DNA of 64,000 bases from Carpediemonas membranifera BICM. Taxonomy: Eukaryota > Protista > Fornicata. Made by a program: the position numbers and the translations under genes. The notes below the pieces were generated by a model. It saw only the letters and a list, made by a program, of their open reading frames with translations. It was not told the DNA's origin and searched no databases. Below are positions 1 to 10,206 of the stretch, in pieces. Location: assembly GCA_019828565.1 (NCBI GenBank), contig JAHDYR010000038.1, positions 939,782-1,003,781 on the forward strand, read 5' to 3'. Within the stretch, counting starts at the first letter, position 1. Each line of letters opens with the position of its first letter.

Positions 1-158
1 GGCCGCGCCCACCAACAAGGCCGTCCACTATCACGTGCTCAAGAACACCCCCTCCCAACACCAGGACGTCCTCCAGGACGTCGTTTCTGCTGTCATCCTT
101 TCTCATTGAGCAGTTTAAGAACGAGAACAAGTCGCCACCGAACTGAGCGCTGGAATCG

Positions 159-1694
159 ATGAGCAGTGCTAGTTCCTCCCCATCAGCCATCAAAGAAGCC
201 CTTATCTCCGTATTCCGCGCCTCGCTAGTTGTAGCAGCCCGTATCTCCGGGGACGTACCATCCTTGCTCCAATGCGCCTACACCAGGCATTTTTGGCGAG
301 GAGATGCCCTCGTTCCACAACGCAGAGAGCACTACTGCACCAGCGAGCGCCCCTTCTCTCGAATCCCTCCCTCGCCACGCTCTCCAAGATCCCCCCGCTT
401 GAACCAACCGCACAAGTCCTCCTAGATCACGCCCGCTCGATCCTCGCAGACGGACCCCCGCTGTCCATGAACGTCGAGCTCTCGCCTGGCGATGAGCTCC
501 CGGCAACCATGCACACACACTGAACCAGGGCGCGGTGTGGGCGTGTCTTATGGGTGGAGGGGCCAACCCAGACCTCCAGGACCTCATCCGAAATGCTCTC
601 GCCCCCGAGGGCAAAGTGTCTCTGGTTCCTCTGCCGCAAGTTCTTCTTCACACTGAACGTCGCCGAGAAGGACGGCGAGTACTACCAATTCTCAAATGGC
701 AACACACACTACCATCACCGCATGTACATGGGCCGTCTATTCATGCTTCGTCCAGACAACCTCGCCATCTTCATTAGAGCCAGGATGCCCAGGGCCCTCG
801 AGGTCTACAGTTGCAATTTCAGCCATCTTACCAGGACACCTAAGGGTCTGTGGGCATGGAGCTTGGACTGGCACTGGAATGCGACCCGCCTCACCTTCAC
901 CAGCTGCCCTAATATCGCCGAGCTCGAGGCCAGTCTGCCCCCCTGGGAGAAGAACAGGATGGTGATCGATGTGTCGGAGCAGGCTTGTCGCAGGTTCATC
1001 CCTCACCCCAGTCGGTACTGTCATGGCTGGAAACGGTGCATGCTTCACAGTTCATGACGATCTGAGAAGATACGTCTTCCACCCAGTCGCTGTGCCCACT
1101 GGCTTCATCCCCTGATCGGATCATGTATGGAGGGGGGACAGTTATCCTCTCCGCGGGCGATCAGCAGGTAATCAGCGATTTCAACCGCCACTATAAGCTG
1201 GGACTTGGACGCGATAGATGTATACGGGGCTTCGAAAAGCTGCCGTTCAGGGTCGACCAGCTCATGGCAGACTGTCGCTGCAACGTCTTCCTCAGCGGCA
1301 GTCAACTCCTGTTCGCCGGTGTGGTTCCCCAACATATCGCCCAGTCTGGCCTACTGCCTGAATACCAGCAGCGCGAGAAATGCCTCACAGCAACGCCGAT
1401 TGCATTCCCTTTGAATGTAAAGGCGGTGTTGTTTTTCCCTGGCGGCTGATTTGGGTGTCTCCTGGTTGCACCCATATTTGCGAGGACGATTGTACGCTAG
1501 ATATGCCCTTTGAGGCAACAGCTGTCTATCAGACATATGAGCGTGTGTACGCATTATGCGACACAGAAGGGCAGTGGTATGATGTTGTGGGTGACTGCGA
1601 TGGCGTGGCTAAGGTGGTCAAGTGCAGCGTGTCTAGAGTGAGATATGCTCGCCTGAAAGTGCACTATTTCCTGCTCAACGAGGTGCCGGAATAA
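159..1694 (+). pseudogene. Frameshifted paralogue of the RCC1-like/beta-propeller family gene at 25380-26990
   Basis: Fragments in different frames align collinearly with the 536-aa ORF: DVPSLL/DVPSLL, WFLCRKFF/WFMSRKLF, YHHRMYMG/IYHRLYGG, TRLTFTSCPNIAELEASLPPW/TRLAFPLCPEITQAETSLPPW, KLGLG/QLGLG, LFAGVV/LFAGVV. Multiple frameshifts and stops. Confidence 0.8.
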
Positions 1695-2239
1695 ATCGAG
1701 TAAAATAATTAGACCTTGGAATCATGAATGCCGTGTGCGGTGGGTCCGTGGACGATAGAGAGTGGGCCTGCACGCGGCGTGGCACCAAGACGCCGAAGTC
1801 TAGCTGCCGAGATTTGTTGAAGCAGGCCACTGTTGATGCTTCAGCCGCAAGAGCAACAAAGAAGGCGCACGACACACGTAAGGTATATTTGACGGGAAAG
1901 GCAGTGGCCTGGCTTAACTCGCAGATGGAGAAATAAAAGATTCAGAGTCAATGGATATGTTTACAGCTTCATTCATTCCATCTATCGTCAGGGGTATCCA
2001 GATCGGACAGAGAGATGGGTCTTTTTCAGACTCTGCATCCCCGCTTCGTGCAGGATGCGGTTCGCGTGCCTGACGGTCATGGGGGACTACCCCAGAGCGA
2101 ATCAAGGTCCTTGGACATCCGGATAAGACCAGCCCACATCAATATGGGCTGTAGGTTACGTTTCTGCTGTCTCTAGATGCGCAGTGATCTCACTTACCAC
2201 CGAACATTTCTTTTAGAATTTCGTTCTGAAGAAACCGAT

Positions 2240-3169
2240 ATGAGCTCTGGGGTGAAGGATTCAGCAGGATACGCCAGCATGATGTTTGAAGCGCTACTGA
2301 GGATGATTCCGAAGCTGCAGGAGTACATCGCGAGGTACCGTGGTGACGGTGGCGAGATGGATCCGGCTATGCTTTTGCAAGCGATCCTACATCGTGTTCC
2401 TGATCTTCACCACGCTGATAAGAGACATATACGCGAGCTGTTGGCAGCTCGAAACTCAATCTGCCACAATCGCGATGTTTCCAGTGCTGCCGATTTTGCA
2501 TCCTTTGAGATGTCGGTCACATGCGTCATGTCGTTTGTGACGCAGAAGGTGGGCCGTGATGACGGCTTCAATGCCTTCATGGAGGCTCTGCACAACGAGG
2601 CGAACGGGGGGCCGACCAGGACGCGAGTTCACCCGCAAGCCCCTTCCCGCAGGGACTCCCAGCCTGTCAGGATAGTCGAGAAGCGGGTTGAGGTACCTGT
2701 TTACATGACTGCGCTGGGTCCTGATCCTGATAAGCCGAGGATGGTGGGAAAATGCCAGCAGTTTTCGCCACAGGGTGAGCATGCAGAGACTCAGACTGTG
2801 CGAGACCTAGAGGAGGCGTCTACTCAGACAGAGCTGTTGGTTGAGCCTGTTAGTACCCTGCGCACGCATGAATTGTCTCGACGCGTCGTCAAGACCGCGA
2901 TGTGCGATCTGCTTCGACAGAAGCTGAAGGAGAAGCCACCGACCGTATTCGCAGGGTCATGCGTTGTGTGTGGTGAGTCCGTGGACGATAGAGAGTGGGC
3001 CTGCACGCGGCGTGGCACCAAGACGCCGAAGTCTAGCTGCCGAGATTTGTTGAAGCAGGCCACTGTTGATGCTTCAGCCGCAAGAGCAACAAAGAAGGTG
3101 CACGACACACGTAAGGTATATTTGACGGGAAAGGCAGTGGCCTGGCTTAACTCGCAGATGGAGAAATAA
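2240..3169 (+). CDS. HEPN-domain (Swt1-like) putative RNase with a Cys-rich C-terminus, copy 1 (intact, 309 aa)
   Basis: D..LL..I...IRELLAARNSICH contains the HEPN R-N-x3-H motif in a helical domain. C-terminal CVVC...C...C. Confidence 0.7.
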   Translation: MSSGVKDSAGYASMMFEALLRMIPKLQEYIARYRGDGGEMDPAMLLQAILHRVPDLHHADKRHIRELLAARNSICHNRDVSSAADFASFEMSVTCVMSFVTQKVGRDDGFNAFMEALHNEANGGPTRTRVHPQAPSRRDSQPVRIVEKRVEVPVYMTALGPDPDKPRMVGKCQQFSPQGEHAETQTVRDLEEASTQTELLVEPVSTLRTHELSRRVVKTAMCDLLRQKLKEKPPTVFAGSCVVCGESVDDREWACTRRGTKTPKSSCRDLLKQATVDASAARATKKVHDTRKVYLTGKAVAWLNSQMEK

Positions 3170-3471
3170 AAAGATTCAGAGTCAATGGATATGTTTACAG
3201 CTTCATTCATTCCATCTATCGTCAGGGGTATCCAGATCGGACAGAGAGATGGGTCTTTTCAGACTCTGCATCCCCGCTTCGTGCAGGATGCGGTTCGCGT
3301 GCCTGACGGTCATGGGGGACTACCCCAGAGCGAATCAAGGTCCTTGGACATCCGGATAAGACCAGCCCACATCAATATGGGCTGTAGGTTACGTTTCTGC
3401 TGTCTCTAGATGCGCAGTGATCTCACTTACCACCGAACATTTCTTTAGAATTTCGTTCTGAAGAAACCGAT

Positions 3472-4400
3472 ATGAGCTCTGGGGTGAAGGATTCAGCAGG
3501 ATACGCCAGCATGATGTTTGAAGCGCTACTGAGGATGATTCCGAAGCTGCAGGAGTACATCGCGAGGTACCGTGGTGACGGTGGCGAGATGGATCCGGCT
3601 ATGCTTTTGCAAGCGATCCTACATCGTGTTCCTGATCTTCACCACGCTGATAAGAGACATATACGCGAGCTGTTGGCAGCTCGAAACTCAATCTGCCACA
3701 ATCGCGATGTTTCCAGTGCTGCCGATTTTGCATCCTTTGAGATGTCGGTCACATGCGTCATGTCGTTTGTGACGCAGAAGGTGGGCCGTGATGACGGCTT
3801 CAATGCCTTCATGGAGGCTCTGCACAACGAGGCGAACGGGGGCCGACCAGGACGCGAGTTCACCCGCAAGCCCCTTCCCGCAGGGACTCCCAGCCTGTCA
3901 GGATAGTCGAGAAGCGGGTTGAGGTACCTGTTTACATGACTGCGCTGGGTCCTGATCCTGATAAGCCGAGGATGGTGGGAAAATGCCAGCAGTTTTCGCC
4001 ACAGGGTGAGCATGCAGAGACTCAGACTGTGCGAGACCTAGAGGAGGCGTCTACTCAGACAGAGCTGTTGGTTGAGCCTGTTAGTACCCTGCGCACGCAT
4101 GAATTGTCTCGACGCGTCGTCAAGACCGCGATGTGCGATCTGCTTCGACAGAAGCTGAAGGAGAAGCCACCGACCGTATTCGCAGGGTCATGCGTTGTGT
4201 GTGGTGAGTCCGTGGACGATAGAGAGTGGGCCTGCACGCGGCGTGGCACCAAGACGCCGAAGTCTAGCTGCCGAGATTTGTTGAAGCAGGCCACTGTTGA
4301 TGCTTCAGCCGCAAGAGCAACAAAGAAGGCGCACGACACACGTAAGGTATATTTGACGGGAAAGGCAGTGGCCTGGCTTAACTCGAAGATGGAGAAATAA
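3472..4400 (+). CDS. HEPN protein copy 2 (frameshift in a G-run near 3840)
   Basis: Essentially identical to copy 1, with G5 in place of G6. Confidence 0.65.
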
Positions 4401-4702
4401 AAGATTCAGAGTCAATGGATATGTTTACAGCTTCATTCATTCCATCTATCGTCAGGGGTATCCAGATCGGACAGAGAGATGGGTCTTTTTCAGACTCTGC
4501 ATCCCCGCTTCGTGCAGGATGCGGTTCGCGTGCCTGACGGTCATGGGGGACTACCCCAGAGCGAATCAAGGTCCTTGGACATCCGGATAAGACCAGCCCA
4601 CATCAATATGGGCTGTAGGTTACGTTTCTGCTGTCTCTAGATGCGCAGTGATCTCACTTACCACCGAACATTTCTTTAGAATTTCGTTCTGAAGAAACCG
4701 AT

Positions 4703-5631
4703 ATGAGCTCTGGGGTGAAGGATTCAGCAGGATACGCCAGCATGATGTTTGAAGCGCTACTGAGGATGATTCCGAAGCTGCAGGAGTACATCGCGAGGTA
4801 CCGTGGTGACGGTGGCGAGATGGATCCGGCTATGCTTTTGCAAGCGATCCTACATCGTGTTCCTGATCTTCACCACGCTGATAAGAGACATATACGCGAG
4901 CTGTTGGCAGCTCGAAACTCAATCTGCCACAATCGCGATGTTTCCAGTGCTGCCGATTTTGCATCCTTTGAGATGTCGGTCACATGCGTCATGTCGTTTG
5001 TGACGCAGAAGGTGGGCCGTGATGACGGCTTCAATGCCTTCATGGAGGCTCTGCACAACGAGGCGAACGGGGGCCGACCAGGACGCGAGTTCACCCGCAA
5101 GCCCCTTCCCGCAGGGACTCCCAGCCTGTCAGGATAGTCGAGAAGCGGGTTGAGGTACCTGTTTACATGACTGCGCTGGGTCCTGATCCTGATAAGCCGA
5201 GGATGGTGGGAAAATGCCAGCAGTTTTCGCCACAGGGTGAGCATGCAGAGACTCAGACTGTGCGAGACCTAGAGGAGGCGTCTACTCAGACAGAGCTGTT
5301 GGTTGAGCCTGTTAGTACCCTGCGCACGCATGAATTGTCTCGACGCGTCGTCAAGACCGCGATGTGCGATCTGCTTCGACAGAAGCTGAAGGAGAAGCCA
5401 CCGACCGTATTCGCAGGGTCATGCGTTGTGTGTGGTGAGTCCGTGGACGATAGAGAGTGGGCCTGCACGCGGCGTGGCACCAAGACGCCGAAGTCTAGCT
5501 GCCGAGATTTGTTGAAGCAGGCCACTGTTGATGCTTCAGCCGCAAGAGCAACAAAGAAGGCGCACGACACACGTAAGGTATATTTGACGGGAAAGGCAGT
5601 GGCCTGGCTTAACTCGAAGATGGAGAAATAA
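4703..5631 (+). CDS. HEPN protein copy 3 (same G-run frameshift)
   Basis: Identical to copy 2. Confidence 0.65.
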
Positions 5632-5934
5632 AAGATTCAGAGTCAATGGATATGTTTACAGCTTCATTCATTCCATCTATCGTCAGGGGTATCCAGATCG
5701 GACAGAGAGATGGGTCTTTTTCAGACTCTGCATCCCCGCTTCGTGCAGGATGCGGTTCGCGTGCCTGACGGTCATGGGGGGACTACCCCAGAGCGAATCA
5801 AGGTCCTTGGACATCCGGATAAGACCAGCCCACATCAATATGGGCTGTAGGTTACGTTTCTGCTGTCTCTAGATGCGCAGTGATCTCACTTACCACCGAA
5901 CATTTCTTTAGAATTTCGTTCTGAAGAAACCGAT

Positions 5935-6865
5935 ATGAGCTCTGGGGTGAAGGATTCAGCAGGATACGCCAGCATGATGTTTGAAGCGCTACTGAGGATG
6001 ATTCCGAAGCTGCAGGAGTACATCGCGAGGTACCGTGGTGACGGTGGCGAGATGGATCCGGCTATGCTTTTGCAAGCGATCCTACATCGTGTTCCTGATC
6101 TTCACCACGCTGATAAGAGACATATACGCGAGCTGTTGGCAGCTCGAAACTCAATCTGCCACAATCGCGATGTTTCCAGTGCTGCCGATTTTGCATCCTT
6201 TGAGATGTCGGTCACATGCGTCATGTCGTTTGTGACGCAGAAGGTGGGCCGTGATGACGGCTTCAATGCCTTCATGGAGGCTCTGCACAACGAGGCGAAC
6301 GGGGGGCCGACCAGGACGCGAGTTCACCCGCAAGCCCCTTCCCGCAGGGACTCCCAGCCTGTCAGGATAGTCGAGAAGCGGGTTGAGGTACCTGTTTACA
6401 TGACTGCGCTGGGTCCTGATCCTGATAAGCCGAGGATGGTGGGAAAATGCCAGCAGTTTTCGCCACAGGGTGAGCATGCAGAGACTCAGACTGTGCGAGA
6501 CCTAGAGGAGGCGTCTACTCAGACAGAGCTGTTGGTTGAGCCTGTTAGTACCCCTGCGCACGGATGAATTGTCTCGACGCGTCGTCAAGACCGCGATGTG
6601 CGATCTGCTTCGACAGAAGCTGAAGGAGAAGCCACCGACCGTATTCGCAGGGTCATGCGTTGTGTGTGGTGAGTCCGTGGACGATAGAGAGTGGGCCTGC
6701 ACGCGGCGTGGCACCAAGACGCCGAAGTCTAGCTGCCGAGATTTGTTGAAGCAGGCCACTGTTGATGCTTCAGCCGCAAGAGCAACAAAGAAGGCGCACG
6801 ACACACGTAAGGTATATTTGACGGGAAAGGCAGTGGCCTGGCTTAACTCGAAGATGGAGAAATAA
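5935..6865 (+). CDS. HEPN protein copy 4 (frameshift in a C-run near 6552)
   Basis: ORFs 5935-6567 and 6536-6865 together rebuild the protein. Confidence 0.65.
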
Positions 6866-7492
6866 AAGATTCAGAGTCAATGGATATGTTTACACCTCTA
6901 TGCCACGACTTATGGGAAATCCGCCCTTATTAAGCTTCCTACAGGGAATATAGGCCATTTTGGAGGTATGAGCGACCGGGAGGGGGGAATGGGGGGCATT
7001 TATGGTATGGCTGGCCTCTACTCGGGCAGACTATTATAACGAGGCTCAGATCAGACCTCTACGGCCGCCTTACGAGGAGAAAAGAGCCAAGCAGCGCGCT
7101 AGCGGCCCATGGCCGCAGCAGAGCCCAGCCAAGCTCAGCTATAGGGTCACCTGAGACCCCGAATGACGTGCTGATCAGGTCGACTCCCATCTATTGACTT
7201 GGTAATTGCAGAGGGCGTCTGAACGCGATGTCCTAATAACCGACTTGGTCGGAGCGGTTCGGCGATGACTCCGTTGTATTCCACACCTTCTTTTAATGCC
7301 GAAACATGCAGTCCTTTAGAGTCAACGCGCGTCCTGTCCGTCAGGCGAAGGGCATTCAGCAGAGGCATTGCTGCGGTCTGCAGACCGCCCTAGCGCTTCA
7401 GGATGGCCAACTGCATGATCTGGACTCATGTCTATCAAATCCATTTTGATCACATCAAACATGTGTCAAATCCGGCAAATCGATTTTGCGAT

Positions 7493-7566
7493 AAAAAGGG
7501 GCAGAGGGGAGGAAGCGACCCATAAGGCGTACTTATGGACCATTTCCTCCCCCCTGCCCGTTTTTT
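7493..7566. repeat. Imperfect ~34-bp inverted repeat (hairpin, 5-nt loop)
   Basis: AAAAAGGGGCAGAGGGGAGGAAGCGACCCATAAG-gcgta-CTTATGGACCATTTCCTCCCCCCTGCCCGTTTTTT. Confidence 0.85.
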
Positions 7567-7730
7567 GAGTCTCAACTCTCAATTCCAATTTGTCCCTATG
7601 TTACTTTTTTCTAGCAGGATTTAAAGTTTGATACTGCGCATGCGTATTGCTTAGGTATAGCCAAGTACTACCATACCACTTTGAAGATCCAGCTCCGGCT
7701 CATCGTCGAGTTCATTTTTTCTTGCAACCG

Positions 7731-7790
7731 TAGATTATCTAGCTTTTTGAGGTCGAAGATAATCTAGGGTTTAGCAAAGATAATCTAGGG
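7731..7790. repeat. Three copies of AGATAATCTA (one inverted, two direct)
   Basis: TAGATTATCT at 7731-7740; AAGATAATCTAGGG at 7756-7769 and 7777-7790. Confidence 0.8.
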
Positions 7791-7799
7791 ATGTTGACA

Positions 7800-9128
7800 G
7801 TATGACCGCGCGTCCTGATTGTCACGATCCGAATGCTTGTGATCCCAGGATCGGGACGCATGCTCCTCGGATGTAGCGCTCTCAGAGCCCTCGGGCTGCT
7901 CAGCGACGAAGGCCTACACATATATAAGCCGCAGACGCCCTCGCAGGCGACTGACGGCGACGACGATATCGCGCTCGACCACCCGTACCTCGCTTGTGCA
8001 GTGGAGGACGAAGGCAGTGACCAGGTCAGCCTCATCAACATCCCAGACTCCGAGATAACTGGCGAGATAAGAACTCTAGCGGAGAAATACGCGCAGATAT
8101 TCGACCCACACCTCCCGGAGAGCAACGGTCTGAAGCCTATGACCATAGAGCTGACTGAGGACACCACAGTTCGAGTGGGCCCGCGCCCCTTGAACGCTCA
8201 GAAGAGGCATCTAGTGGAAGAGGAGGTGGCAAGACTGGAGAAGGAGGAGATAGTGCGACCGAGTGTCGGACCGTTTGCCTCCCCAGTCGTAGTAGTGTCG
8301 GGTGGACACAAGGGGTCTGACAAGATCCGATTATGCATAGACTATAAGAGTCTGAACGCTATCACAGTGAAGGACCACTACCCACTGCCGAACATCCAGG
8401 AGTTCGTGCGAGAGGCCGCAGGGTGCAAGTACTACGCGACACTTGACTTGCGTCAAGGGTACTACCAGCTCTCCATGGCGGAGGAGGACGTACATAAGAC
8501 AGCGTTCATCACCCCGGACAACTACATGGAGTTCTTGCGCTGCCCGTTCGGGCTAACCAATGCCCCATCCCGCTTCCAGCGGGAGATGGACAGGGTGTAT
8601 GCCCCACTGCTACACAAGGGGACCTCAGTATACATCGACGATATCTTCGTTTACGCTCGTTCGAAGGAAGAGTTCTTAGAGATCCTTGAGAGGGTCTTCC
8701 AGAGAACTGACGAATTCAACTTGCGACTCAAGGCGCCGAAATGCACGATAGGGGCAGCCGAAGCTGAGGTCGTGGGGTACATACTGGACGCGCAAGGGCA
8801 ACGACTAGCCCCATCGCGTATCGAGGCAGTGCTAGACATGCCACCGCCGACCAACTACAAGGCCTTAGAGCGGACGCTAGGCTCCCTTAACTACGTGTCG
8901 CGCTTTGTGGACGACTCCAGCAGAGTGCTGACCCCCCTGAATCGCCTGAGGAAGGACTCGCAGCCTGGACAACCGGTCAGTTGGACGAGTGAGCACCAGC
9001 AGGCGTTCGACAATTTCAAGCTGTGTCGCTAGCGTTCCCTGACCCTTCCAAGAAGTGGGAGTTGCACACAGACGCCAGCGCTACCGGGTTTGGAGGTGTA
9101 CTTTACCAACAGCAGAGCGAGGACATAC
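7800..9128 (+). mobile_element. Ty3/Gypsy pol fragment (protease tail, RT, start of RNase H), truncated at both ends
   Basis: RLCIDYKSLN, LDLRQGYYQ, CPFGLTNAPSRFQR and YIDD. After a frameshift, LHTDASATGFGGVLYQ. Confidence 0.95.
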
Positions 9129-10206
9129 TGTTAGAATGGCCAGTTAATCCGGGGATATACGGAGGATAAACGCAAATTCCTTATTCGTGCTTCAGGGCGT
9201 TCGAAGTCCTAAGAAGCAGCTGAAATGATAGATGCGAGTGCATTAATGACATATCCATGCTTGATGTAACATGTGCGAGATTGGTGGTCGAGCAAATTGC
9301 CTCTCGCATTTTAAGGTCGAAGGCAAAAGTGGTCGTACGACCAAGTGGCCTTGTCAGCAAAGTCTGTGTGTTCTAAAGAGTATCCTCTGTTGTTTTTATG
9401 CGTCAACTCCTTCTCAGTCGCCGGGAACTAATAACTGAATCAACCAATCAAAGAATGAAGCTGTCCCCCAGAAAGCAGGCCATACTACGGTGGTATATAG
9501 TCAGTATACATCATCGGAGTATGTTCGGTTTTCTGGGGGACAGATTCAATCTTCTGTATCTCAAAATTTGCAATTTTTTATCGGCGATAAGATGGAATCA
9601 GAAGACTTGGCTCAGAGCTCAAGTGCACTTAGCTCCATAGAGCTGAGATCGGCAATTGGCATGATCCACCGCCGCAGAAGGTGCCCAAAGAGGCGCTGAC
9701 GTTGAGCGGTCGATCATGGCCGTTTAACACATCAACGGGGGCCTCATCCCATGCAGTATCCATAACTTTTTACCATTTTCTTCTAGCTGCACTGGTTGGC
9801 AAATGAGCATTTTGTGTCGCCTTCATCATGGCAATATTCGAGATCAAATCCAGATTTGCTTTTTTTGTGCACAAGGAGCACAACAGCAAATTCGCAAGTA
9901 ATGCAGATGAAAATCAGATGAATCTTAATCAGGCACTCTCATACACACACTGCTTTAGTTTCGGAGCCAACGTCCATAAACTGAAGGAGTTCTGAACATT
10001 GTTTCACCAATTGTGTGAAACTGGTGAAATTGTGAAATAGTGTTGAAACGGCCAGAGAAGAAGAAGGAACCCCGGCAGCGCAGTTGTAGCTGCTCTTATA
10101 GAGCTATAGCAACAGCCAAATTGTCTGATTTATCTCACAGACCGTTGCGCATGTACCTGCCTAGTTTTTGTACAAAAATCTTGTTTTTTTAAACTCTACA
10201 GAAATC

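Larger units (their letters stand above)
1733..6894 (+). repeat. Tandem array of ~4.2 near-identical 1231-1232 bp units
   Basis: ATGAGCTCTGGGG recurs at 2240, 3472, 4703 and 5935. Copies differ by a few substitutions and homopolymer indels. Confidence 0.98.

Noticed and set aside
1733-6894. CRISPR-like or rDNA array; hammerhead ribozyme in the unit (CTGAAGA, CTGACGA)
   Set aside because: No unique spacers and no rRNA motifs. The hammerhead-like words lack stem II and a correctly placed GAAA.
9130-10000. Possible decayed minus-strand gene, or an LTR starting TGTTAG at 9129
   Set aside because: Multiple stops, no recognisable motif and no second LTR copy.
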